From positions 10,980-74,979 of the forward strand of contig CAYYQL010000011.1 in assembly GCA_964473825.1 (NCBI GenBank): 64,000 bases of DNA, given 5' to 3'. The notes below the pieces were generated by a model, which saw only the letters and a list, made by a program, of their open reading frames with translations, ran no database searches and was not told where the DNA came from. This document shows, in pieces, positions 37,442-46,171 of the stretch. Origin of the DNA: an uncultured archaeon (lineage in GTDB: Archaea > Asgardarchaeota > Thorarchaeia > Thorarchaeales > Thorarchaeaceae). Each line of letters starts with the position of its first letter. Position 1 is the stretch's first letter. The position numbers were made by a program, and so were the translations under genes.

Positions 37442-39295
37442 TCACACAGAGAATTCGGAAACTTGGAGTTCCGACTTCCTGCTGAAGATGAAGTAGACGG
37501 GGACCGCTGCAAGAAGCGTGACCAAAATCAAGAACATAATCATGATTGCCATTGCGGCGGGTAGATACAACACTGAGGGAACTGCAGCCTCGGGAACGAG
37601 GAAATACACACTGAACAGTGTCGCAGCAAAGACTGCGGGCACTCCCGACTTGAGGCCCATATCCAGACCCTCTGCAATCATGGTCTTGGCCACAAACTCT
37701 GGACTCGCACCAATACTCTGCATGATCTTGTAGTCACGAAACCTGGCGAATACAGATACTAATAGGTAGTTCATTAGGTTGAACAATGCGCCAACAAGTG
37801 CCATGACGGATAAGGGCTGCAGCAGGAACCATATATCGTGAACAATCCCCAAGTTGGCATCGAGTACCTCATTCTGAAGATAGATGTCAAAGCCATAGCT
37901 CTCAACCAAGTTGCCAATACTGGAGATGGCCTCATCAGAATAGGAGGCAACATGTAGGAGAAGGAGATTGGATCCATTCAGACCTAGAACAGTCTGTAAG
38001 GTGGACAGTTCTACCATTGCAACCATTCCGCCGTTTGCCAGTTCAAAAGCGACAGCTTGAACATCGAACGCAAACCCGCCGAATTCAAGACTCTGCACAA
38101 GAGGATCCTCGTAGAGCTCTTTCGCCATTCTGCCCCCAATCCAAGCTTGATTGATGGCGCTTGGGCGAAACCCTTCAAAATACCAGCTCGATTGAGTCGA
38201 CTCCCAATCGATTCCCATTATGAGAGCTGAGCCAGTTCGGTTTTTGCCAACCCACTCGTACTCATCAGTTGTTGGGTTCCTAATGATGCCGGGTAGCTCC
38301 CTCACCGCAGTGTAGTGGGCCAATCGGGATTCAAATGACTCCACGTATCTATTCTCGTCAAGAGCCTGAATGAGGGGCGCAGGTAGGATTGATTCGTTCC
38401 CAATAAACGAAAATGTTGAGGTGAGTTCTGAGCCAGTCAAGGTGTACGCATCATAGTATTGATGGAGTAGTTCAGGATTTCCAACGGCTATAACATTGGT
38501 TCCCATTGACCGAGTTATGTATGCATCTGTGGTGGTCTCAACAACTCCTCCACCAATCCAGATTACAGATGCAATCGTCACCCCCAAGAACAGAGAGAGA
38601 AGCGTTCGCCTCATGCCTCTCACACGGCGTCCTGTTCCCCTCGTAGCAATCCTAAAAGGTAGACCAAAGGAATCGAACAGCCCAACTTGTCGCACACGAT
38701 TTCCAACATCAGGATTCAGAGTCGAGATGGGCGACTCTTGCACTGCGTCATAGATGGGTTTCTGAGCCGCAAAATACCCAGAGAAGAGATAGATGCCGGC
38801 CAAGAGACCGATTTGTAGGAACGGAAACTGAAAGGTGTACTGAAGGCCCGGTGCTACAGAAGCCAGCCAACTCATCCCGAGAAGATAGAACAGTGTTCCA
38901 AAGGCGGTTCCCAGGACTATGCTTACGAGGAGCAATATCACGGCCTGAGCCATGAAATGATCAAAAATCGTATCCATCAGAGTGCCAATCGATTTCATGA
39001 GCGCAATATCCTTCCTTCTGGTGACCATTTCCATTGAGATTGTACTGGACACGACAACTGCGCCGAGTATGATTACGAGAAGCAAGGTTGTCCAGATGAA
39101 GGCTTCAAAGAACACTCTCAAGGACTGCATTAGGCCAGTTGATGTGTAGAAGAGTGTGATGTCAAGCAGCGAGTTAGCGAAGAGGAATAGAAAAACTGTC
39201 GAAGTCATAGATGAGGTCATAGAGAGAAGAATGACACTCGTTCGAAATGGTCTTCTCTTCAGGTCCTTGCTGGCATAGTCTTGAGCGTTACTCAA
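37442..39295 (-). CDS. ABC permease, duplicated FtsX/MacB type
   Basis: RRKDIALMKSIG and RFRDYKIMQSIGA; about 8 TM with one large extracytoplasmic domain. Confidence 0.88.
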   Translation of the reverse strand: MSNAQDYASKDLKRRPFRTSVILLSMTSSMTSTVFLFLFANSLLDITLFYTSTGLMQSLRVFFEAFIWTTLLLVIILGAVVVSSTISMEMVTRRKDIALMKSIGTLMDTIFDHFMAQAVILLLVSIVLGTAFGTLFYLLGMSWLASVAPGLQYTFQFPFLQIGLLAGIYLFSGYFAAQKPIYDAVQESPISTLNPDVGNRVRQVGLFDSFGLPFRIATRGTGRRVRGMRRTLLSLFLGVTIASVIWIGGGVVETTTDAYITRSMGTNVIAVGNPELLHQYYDAYTLTGSELTSTFSFIGNESILPAPLIQALDENRYVESFESRLAHYTAVRELPGIIRNPTTDEYEWVGKNRTGSALIMGIDWESTQSSWYFEGFRPSAINQAWIGGRMAKELYEDPLVQSLEFGGFAFDVQAVAFELANGGMVAMVELSTLQTVLGLNGSNLLLLHVASYSDEAISSIGNLVESYGFDIYLQNEVLDANLGIVHDIWFLLQPLSVMALVGALFNLMNYLLVSVFARFRDYKIMQSIGASPEFVAKTMIAEGLDMGLKSGVPAVFAATLFSVYFLVPEAAVPSVLYLPAAMAIMIMFLILVTLLAAVPVYFIFSRKSELQVSEFSV

Positions 39296-40037
39296 TTGAA
39301 GACAACTCCCCCTTGGTCATGGTGAACTTCCTTGTACCAGAGTGCGAAATGATATCTTGGTCATGAGTCATAACGATGATGGTCTTCCCTTTTTCATTCA
39401 GCTCGGAGAGCAACGCGCGAATCATCTGTGCACTCTCTGTATCCAAGTTTGCAGTAGGTTCATCAGCAAGAATCACGGGAGGATCATTTGCAATAGCTCG
39501 TGCAATTGCGACTCTCTGTTGTTCTCCAGAGCTCAGCTGCCACGGAAGATGATCAGCACGATCCTCAAGCCCCACCACGCCGAGTAGCCGATGTGCCTCC
39601 TCTCGTAACTCAGATACGGGTTTGTCTTGCAGCTGCATAGGAAACATGATATTCTCGATTGCAGTTAGTGTCGATATCAGATTGTAACTCTGAAAGATGA
39701 AACCAGTGTTTGCAAGACGAAAAGTGGCTCTGAAGGTTTCATCATAGTCGCCTATCGGTACATCCATCACAAGAACTCGTCCAGATGTAGCTAGATCAAT
39801 GCACCCGATGATGTTCAGCAGTGTTGTCTTCCCCGAACCGGACGGACCATGTACCACGACATAATCCCCGCTCTTCACTTGCAGACTCACGTTTTCTAGA
39901 GCTCTGATTTCTCGATTACCAAGACTATACGTTCGAGATACCTCTTTCAGACGAACCGCATAGTCGACGTCATCATGGTCTTCGACATCGAGATCATCTA
40001 CCGCTTCATCGAATCCTAGGAATGCCTCATCAACCAT
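39288..40037 (-). CDS. ABC ATPase, LolD/MacB family
   Basis: GPSGSGKTT, GFIFQ, LSSGEQQRVAIARA, DEPTANLD. Confidence 0.95.
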   Translation of the reverse strand: MVDEAFLGFDEAVDDLDVEDHDDVDYAVRLKEVSRTYSLGNREIRALENVSLQVKSGDYVVVHGPSGSGKTTLLNIIGCIDLATSGRVLVMDVPIGDYDETFRATFRLANTGFIFQSYNLISTLTAIENIMFPMQLQDKPVSELREEAHRLLGVVGLEDRADHLPWQLSSGEQQRVAIARAIANDPPVILADEPTANLDTESAQMIRALLSELNEKGKTIIVMTHDQDIISHSGTRKFTMTKGELSSIE

Positions 40038-40161
40038 TGGGATAGCCTCTATATCTGCTCAATCGATTAGCCTTGAACAGTGATGAATTCACTGGTCTCC
40101 TCACTTGGCCACTTTCCTATAGAAATAAGGGTAGAGATAGGACAAACACCGTACCAAGCTA

Positions 40162-40944
40162 CTATTGGATTATTGAAAGTAAGGTGGGGAGTTCTGCACG
40201 GGCCCAATCAGTCAACACCAGCGGCTTCTCTCTGCCAAATACCCGAATATATCCTAAGATTCCGTCATCCAGAAGATTGCTTGTGTAATAAGAAACCAAG
40301 CTCTTGTCGAGTTCGAGATTTCGACTCAGTTCAGCCTGCGTTATTCGACCGACTGCAAGAATCTCCCGAAGAATCGTTCGAGCGGTTGGGTTTCGTAGGA
40401 CTGATGTCAGGTGAAGCACCTTGGCATCGGACGAGAAGTCCGAGAGGAAGAAATGCTTGGTGTTTCCTGATTTATGAGATTCTACCAAACACTCAGCCTC
40501 TAAGTTACGAAGATGGTATTGCAGAGCGCCCATTGCACAATCTACAGTCCGCTTCAACTCGCGTAGGTGAATGCCTGGTTGGTCAGCTATCTCCGCAACC
40601 ACTCGGTCACGCAGCTTTGCATTATTACGCTCACGCTTCTCTGTTGCTACCGTCCCGATTGCCACAGCAAACAACCCAGACACTGAGGCAGTGCCTCCAG
40701 TCCAAGAGAAAGCATCCATTGTGCTAAACTGCATCTGGACTGTGCTTATCGTCGAGTTCCAGAGACTACTCGGCCCTGAGCTATCGGAGAAAGCGAGATC
40801 TTGAACAGCGAGAGATTGCTCTCCGGATTGCATCTGAACGAGGTAGATACCCACCATTCCGGTTGTAAGCAAGAAAAATGCAACTGCAGCTATGATCTGC
40901 TTCGTCGACCCGCCATTCATGGTATAGACCAGGCTCACTATCAC
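40162..40944 (-). CDS. Membrane-tethered double winged-helix transcription regulator
   Basis: N-terminal TM segments; PGIHLREL...GALQYHL..LE and ITQAELSR.LELDKSLVSYY. Confidence 0.8.
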   Translation of the reverse strand: MIVSLVYTMNGGSTKQIIAAVAFFLLTTGMVGIYLVQMQSGEQSLAVQDLAFSDSSGPSSLWNSTISTVQMQFSTMDAFSWTGGTASVSGLFAVAIGTVATEKRERNNAKLRDRVVAEIADQPGIHLRELKRTVDCAMGALQYHLRNLEAECLVESHKSGNTKHFFLSDFSSDAKVLHLTSVLRNPTARTILREILAVGRITQAELSRNLELDKSLVSYYTSNLLDDGILGYIRVFGREKPLVLTDWARAELPTLLSIIQ

Positions 40945-41012
40945 AGATTACTAGTTAAAGCTTGGTTTCGGTGAAAGGATGTACTAGCTCTGAGAAAAGG
41001 AAGATAGGACTT

Positions 41013-41576
41013 CTAGCCACGTGCAGGATAAGACATTGTTATCTTGAAAGAACAGGCCTCAGCTCCCGTCGACATGCACTTTTCTTCGGCCACCACAAGC
41101 TTCTCATACTCGATCCGATTGAAGTCGGTCAGGTATTCAAGGACAGCCTCGATGAATCCTTTCAGGAAATAACATGTAGGTTCAGCACTGTCAATTCCAG
41201 CAGCGTAAGGGTTGTCTCTAATCTCAATGACTGCCTCCTCGTCAAGAAAGAGCTTGTACAGCTTCTCTATCTTGATATCACCAAAGGGGACAATGAGGGT
41301 CTCCATAGCCATCTTGATGAACTCGATTATCCCTTTGAAGTCCCCGGGAGGGTTCTGATTGCCTATTTTGAAGTATTCGCGTTGTGCCTCTAGACCAGCA
41401 AGTCGCCCCGCGCTATAATAGAGATCTTTTGTCTTCTCTGGAAACATCACCTCGATGCGATTCCCAATTTTCGTCCAGGTCTTGCTAAAGAAGGCGCGCA
41501 TCAGTTCTCTCTCTTTAAGGCGACCTTGCCACCATTCTATGACTTTGTGTTCCTTCGACATACTGGAGCTCACCAA
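41013..41576 (-). CDS. V4R (vinyl-4-reductase) domain protein
   Basis: LYYSAGRLAG, NPYA...EPTCYFLKGFIEA, EEKCMSTGAEACSFKI. Confidence 0.85.
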   Translation of the reverse strand: MVSSSMSKEHKVIEWWQGRLKERELMRAFFSKTWTKIGNRIEVMFPEKTKDLYYSAGRLAGLEAQREYFKIGNQNPPGDFKGIIEFIKMAMETLIVPFGDIKIEKLYKLFLDEEAVIEIRDNPYAAGIDSAEPTCYFLKGFIEAVLEYLTDFNRIEYEKLVVAEEKCMSTGAEACSFKITMSYPARG

Positions 41577-41625
41577 TTAGTGATACTCTTAGCTCGTAGT
41601 TGGTTAAGTTTCTTGTCATGATGTG

Positions 41626-42099
41626 CTAGACAAGACGCACATTCCACGTACACTCATCGGCACCAGTTGCTCGACATGACTCCTCAAAGACCTTTGCGTC
41701 CACTCCCTTGAATTGAAGAATCGACTGAAGGATTCCACTGAAGGCCTCACAGTATCCGAAACCTCGCATTCCCTCCAGATTCACCTCTTGACACCATATG
41801 CAAGAGTCATCCCTGACTCTCACAGATCCTCGAGCAGACTCCATATCCACCTCCGAAGGCTTCTTGTCAAACAGGACCTTGAAAATAACCTCAATGAGCT
41901 TTGAAACGTCTTCTCGAGTCGTGATGGTTTCTTTGGTCTTGTCAACAATCTCTGTTGTAAGATAGATTTGCTGAGCCATTTCACCACCAAGTGCCCTGAG
42001 TCTTTCGTTCGCTTCTTCCACATTGTTTGTGGATTTCAGGATGTCGTCAACCATCTTGGAGTAAATGGATAAGAACAACGGATTCTCTATTTTGGCCAT
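41626..42099 (-). CDS. Bet3/TRAPPC3-like protein with V4R-type Cys ligands (paralog B)
   Basis: KIENPLFLSIYSKMV...ANERLRALG, CIWC, YCEAFSGIL, EESCRATGADEC. Confidence 0.8.
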   Translation of the reverse strand: MAKIENPLFLSIYSKMVDDILKSTNNVEEANERLRALGGEMAQQIYLTTEIVDKTKETITTREDVSKLIEVIFKVLFDKKPSEVDMESARGSVRVRDDSCIWCQEVNLEGMRGFGYCEAFSGILQSILQFKGVDAKVFEESCRATGADECTWNVRLV

Positions 42100-42131
42100 T
42101 GAAATCAAACCTCTTCTAGTAATCTGTACAC

Positions 42132-43127
42132 CTAGATAGTCTTGCCAACCATCTGCATACCATGTCGTCTGTATTGCGCCAGTACTTGGATGACTCGTGG
42201 CAGAGGCACTCCAGTAGCCTTCGCAATCTGCTCGGGAGTCTTTGTGCCATCACAGAGCTCGACAATTGGTGCATCTTCAGGACTTATTTTTGATGCATCC
42301 CCTGTGAACTTCGGCACCTTCACAAACCGGCCAAAACCGCCCTCTTCCTCATCGGCCGTTTCAGACGGGGACCTTCGAGGTGCACTCACTATGCCCTTTG
42401 ATGCGGCCCATTTCAGAAGATCTATGACACGCTCAATCGGCTGGAACATGGATTCTGCTATGTCTCGAACGGAGATGTTTCCATCCACCAACATCAAAAC
42501 ATCAAACCCAAAATTCCTGTAGACCTTCTTCATCTCACCATACAGATTGGAATCCAGAGACAGAGCCTTTGCATAGGCTTCGCCTCTGCCAGGTACTGAT
42601 GATGAATTAAGATGAAAATCACTGGGCGACAGCTCTTCGGGTTCTGCCTGCGCCGCAGGTTCAGATTCTTCAATAGTGGTTGTGCCGGGCTCAGACGGAC
42701 CCGGGCTCGGGGCAGTTACTTCGGTTGATGCCGCCTGGATGGCGATGCTCTCCAAGACCTCTAGGTTCCCCTCAGCAGATTCCTCGAAATCTTCGGGTGG
42801 AGGTGGGAGCTCGATTCCCTCAAGAAGACGAAGAACATTCTTTGTCTTTGCAATTGCAAGACCAAGCTGAAGCTCAGGTACATAGAGGACTGTCAAAATC
42901 CAATTCTCGTCAACAGGAGCCAAGACGACAAGACCTTGTTCGGTGTCAATGGTCATGAGCCTCAAATCAGACTTGTAGAGATTGATGCTATCCTTCACTC
43001 GAGGAAATAGCTCTTCTGGAAAGGAGAAACTGACAAAAGGGCGACCATTCTTGGTCATCAACGAGTATCCCAAGACCTGGTCATCGAAACGCAATTTCGA
43101 CAGAGCTCTTTCTAGATCACTTGCCAA
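42132..43127 (-). CDS. Roadblock-like domain + Pro/Glu linker + tandem winged helix (paralog B)
   Basis: Start at TTG 43127 (AGGTG RBS); VLGYSLMTKNG...LQLGLA; LVDGNISVRDIA; LCDGTKTPEQIA. Confidence 0.75.
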   Translation of the reverse strand: MASDLERALSKLRFDDQVLGYSLMTKNGRPFVSFSFPEELFPRVKDSINLYKSDLRLMTIDTEQGLVVLAPVDENWILTVLYVPELQLGLAIAKTKNVLRLLEGIELPPPPEDFEESAEGNLEVLESIAIQAASTEVTAPSPGPSEPGTTTIEESEPAAQAEPEELSPSDFHLNSSSVPGRGEAYAKALSLDSNLYGEMKKVYRNFGFDVLMLVDGNISVRDIAESMFQPIERVIDLLKWAASKGIVSAPRRSPSETADEEEGGFGRFVKVPKFTGDASKISPEDAPIVELCDGTKTPEQIAKATGVPLPRVIQVLAQYRRHGMQMVGKTI

Positions 43128-43536
43128 TCTTCTACACCTCACATTCGCTGACGAGACTTGTCCTTCAACAATCAGAAAGTCCGTAGTAGTCTGAAAAGCA
43201 TTGTGGTATTCAGCACAAATTCCAGGGAGAGTGACTAGATACGACACGAGCGTTTCCTAGCACATGGATCCTGACTCAGAGGGGGTCTACACGCTATTTT
43301 GGCACGAGAAGCATTAAGAAGTATTCTGGTACGTACGCCGAGTGTTACCGTTCGTCACGAGTCGGAAGAACCTAGACAGTCCAAAAGTATACCTCCAAAA
43401 TGGGTACTTGAATAAGCCTTCTCACTGAACTGCACCTTCATGGTTTCGATTTTGGACACGTTGGGCCAAGCAGACCATCTATCTTTATTTCGAACCGAAC
43501 ACCTATCAAACTCAACACTCTAGCGGTGCGAAAATC

Positions 43537-44106
43537 ATGAAGAACTTCATTGGTGCTTTCCTCGGATTCGTCGTTGGTTCACTTGCACTCTGGGCTTCAG
43601 GACTTGAAATCCCCCAATATCCATCACCTTATGGCATCATTGGCATTCTCTTGGCAGCAGCAACAGCTCTCTTGAACACATTCTCAATTATAGCCTCAGG
43701 AATCGGCATCCTGGAACACATAACTGCTTGGCTACTGATCGGACTGGCCTCCGGACTGCTTTCAAAAGGCAAGTGGAACAACGTGAGGACCTCGGTGTGG
43801 ATTGGCATCATCATTGGGGTTCTGCATGTCGCATCGAAACTGCTACTCAATCCTAGCTTCTGGAATCAGAGCGATAGAAACCTGGTGATCCTCCTCTCTT
43901 TCGTTGTTGTTCTGCCTACTTCACAAATCACACTGGTTTCTTCAATTCCAGTTTCGTATCTAGTAAGAAGAATCAGGGCAGACGAACCCCCGCAGGCACC
44001 CGAAAGGATAGAAACAAGATGTCAGTGCGGTGCGGTCTTTAAGTCAAATCCTATGATATGCTCGGAGTGTGGCATGATTCTGGAGCAGAATAATAATGGA
44101 AGTTGA
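43537..44106 (+). CDS. Multi-pass membrane protein with a C-terminal Zn ribbon
   Basis: Four to five TM; AW..IGLASGLL; CQCG...CSECG. Confidence 0.8.
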   Translation: MKNFIGAFLGFVVGSLALWASGLEIPQYPSPYGIIGILLAAATALLNTFSIIASGIGILEHITAWLLIGLASGLLSKGKWNNVRTSVWIGIIIGVLHVASKLLLNPSFWNQSDRNLVILLSFVVVLPTSQITLVSSIPVSYLVRRIRADEPPQAPERIETRCQCGAVFKSNPMICSECGMILEQNNNGS

Positions 44107-44113
44107 GCGAGTG

Positions 44114-44614
44114 CTAACGTTTTCTGGTGATGGCGCCTCCAAGCAGCCCACCGATTATCGCTGCTATTGAAGGATAGAGCATACCCTCAAGAACAAACTG
44201 CAGAAGCAGTAGCGAAGGTCCACCAAGTATCTGCGATACATCCGAAGTGCTAATGAAGAATACGAGCAGCCATGTTAGGAAGGCGCCGATGACCACAGCA
44301 AACACTGCCGCAAAGATTCCCCCCACAACGTCACGTGCAAGAAGTCCGGCAAGCAATCCACCCGTCCCCCATGCAAGAGCCATGAGTACAGTGCCACCTT
44401 GGGCACCGAATGATAACTGGACGCCCAGATGTGGAGGATAAAGGATTGTTCCGATAACAGCAAGTTTGAGTTCGAGATCTGGGCGATTCATGAAGTCTGT
44501 GACTATGGAGGGGGCAATCACATCATCCGGAATATAGATGCCGAACGAGAGGATTATGAAGACAACAGCAAAAGTTGTAACCAGACCAACAATGGCACCT
44601 ATAGCTTGACCCAA
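44114..44614 (-). CDS. Gly/Ala-rich 4-TM membrane protein
   Basis: AWGTGGLLAGLL and IIGGLLGGA; co-oriented downstream of the Bet3-like gene. Confidence 0.8.
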   Translation of the reverse strand: MGQAIGAIVGLVTTFAVVFIILSFGIYIPDDVIAPSIVTDFMNRPDLELKLAVIGTILYPPHLGVQLSFGAQGGTVLMALAWGTGGLLAGLLARDVVGGIFAAVFAVVIGAFLTWLLVFFISTSDVSQILGGPSLLLLQFVLEGMLYPSIAAIIGGLLGGAITRKR

Positions 44615-44691
44615 CGAATAGCCTCCGAGGAATATCTACTACCTCGTCACTCATCCTCTTCTTTTATACATACGCCATTCTGAACCAGAGT

Positions 44692-45198
44692 TCAGGCAGT
44701 CTTATGGATTGTCCATGTGCAAGTGGAGTCGCCCAGAGCTCTGCATGATTCTTGATAAGCATCGCCCTGAAAGCCGCGAAGATCTAGTACAGCCTGAAAC
44801 ACACCGCTGATCAGATTGCAGTATTGTAGCCCCGGCATGTCAGTGATCTCTACTCCCTCACACAGTGGACAGTCATCATCGGAGAACTTGATTGTCTGCT
44901 TATCATCACTTACCCATGTACTTGTGAAGTCCTGCCCAGAGTTCACCTTGTATGCGAGTTGGAGCGTAGAACCAAACTCATGGAACTCGGATGCATGCTG
45001 ACGGATTCGCTCAGCGTAGTCCATTAGAAGATGCTCTCCAACTTTGAACCCCAAGTCCTTTAACTTATGATTGATCTCATCGACGTTATCACTAGTCTTA
45101 ATGAGGAAGTTCATCATCTCTCGATAGATTGCCTGAAATAGCGGTTTTGAAACCTTGTCAATTTTCAATGCCCAAGCCAGTTTTCCCTTGATACCCAT
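44692..45198 (-). CDS. Bet3/TRAPPC3-like protein with V4R-type Cys ligands (paralog A)
   Basis: KVSKPLFQAIYREMM...INHKLKDLGFKVGEHLLMDY and CPLCEGVEI...LQYCNLISGVFQAVL align by eye with Bet3 motifs (ELF.LTYG, VN..L..MG.NIG.RLIEDF, NPL..FVELP...L.YSN.L.GVL). Confidence 0.85.
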   Translation of the reverse strand: MGIKGKLAWALKIDKVSKPLFQAIYREMMNFLIKTSDNVDEINHKLKDLGFKVGEHLLMDYAERIRQHASEFHEFGSTLQLAYKVNSGQDFTSTWVSDDKQTIKFSDDDCPLCEGVEITDMPGLQYCNLISGVFQAVLDLRGFQGDAYQESCRALGDSTCTWTIHKTA

Positions 45199-45202
45199 AC
45201 TT

Positions 45203-46126
45203 TCACTGTCCTTTTACGAATTTGTCTCGTTTCACATAACGCAGAGTCTTGCCCTTGTACGGCAAAGTGCTCTGCAAAGCCTCAAAATACTGGATGCCCA
45301 GTCGCGCTGCAATCTCATGCAGAGTATTGGCGCCAGTACATAGCTCTAGTACCCGCCGATGCTCCCTTTTCGCCTTTTCTATGGAGCCCTCGTAAAGCGG
45401 AACTTCCACTATCTCTCGAGTGCCCGACTCCTGTTCTTCTGGACACTCAGCTTCCAAAATCCTCTTTGAAACACACCAACGCAATGCTTCGACGACACTC
45501 TCAACATTCTTGCCAAGAATCTCTGCAATCTTGAAGGCGGTTCGCTTCTCGTCCACCATCAGAAGAATGTCCGTTCCTAGACCTGAATGCTCCGCTTTGA
45601 GAAGACGACTCAGCTCCGAGTCCATACTTGCCGCATCATTGTATCGTGGTCCCCGAAATATGAGACACCCGTGACCCATCTCAACCTCGTCGATGGGAAC
45701 CTCTTGAATGCCCTCCTTGCTGGGTTCTGGAGATTCAGGCAGTTGTGGTTCAGGTTCGGCTGCGTCCATCTCTGTTTCAATCGGCTGCTGGGTTGTGGGA
45801 GTGGGAGGAGCAGGAAGCTCTACCTCTTTGAGCAATTCCACAACATCTTGTGTTCGCTTCAGTGCGATACCCAGCTGCAGGTCAGTGAAGTTCACAGCCA
45901 AGACCCAGTCGGGGTTTATGCGTGCAAGAATCACAATCCCCTCTCCAGTCATGACATTCATCATTCTCAGTGAAGAGGAATGAATCTCCATTGTGCCCTG
46001 AATCAGAGGAAGGGCATGTTCGGGAAGTGCAAATGATAGGAATGGAGAGCCATCATCGGTTAGGAGGGCATACCCACTGACTGCTTCATCGAACTTGAGC
46101 TTCGTGAGTACTCTCTCTAGATCCAA
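45203..46126 (-). CDS. Roadblock-like domain + Pro/Glu linker + tandem winged helix (paralog A)
   Basis: DLERVLTKLKFDEAVSGYALLTDDG...LQLGIA; MVDEKRTAFKIA; LCTGANTLHEIA; clear paralog of 42132-43127. Confidence 0.78.
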   Translation of the reverse strand: MDLERVLTKLKFDEAVSGYALLTDDGSPFLSFALPEHALPLIQGTMEIHSSSLRMMNVMTGEGIVILARINPDWVLAVNFTDLQLGIALKRTQDVVELLKEVELPAPPTPTTQQPIETEMDAAEPEPQLPESPEPSKEGIQEVPIDEVEMGHGCLIFRGPRYNDAASMDSELSRLLKAEHSGLGTDILLMVDEKRTAFKIAEILGKNVESVVEALRWCVSKRILEAECPEEQESGTREIVEVPLYEGSIEKAKREHRRVLELCTGANTLHEIAARLGIQYFEALQSTLPYKGKTLRYVKRDKFVKGQ

Positions 46127-46171
46127 CTTGCGAATACCATCCAGTACCTTATAGAGGCGGGTTTTACCTGC

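Noticed and set aside
43128-43536. Hidden TGA-readthrough ORF in the gap within the Bet3 cluster (MDCLGSSDS*RTVTLG...)
   Set aside because: The peptide is not protein-like and has no selenoprotein motif; the gap is adequately explained by divergent promoters.
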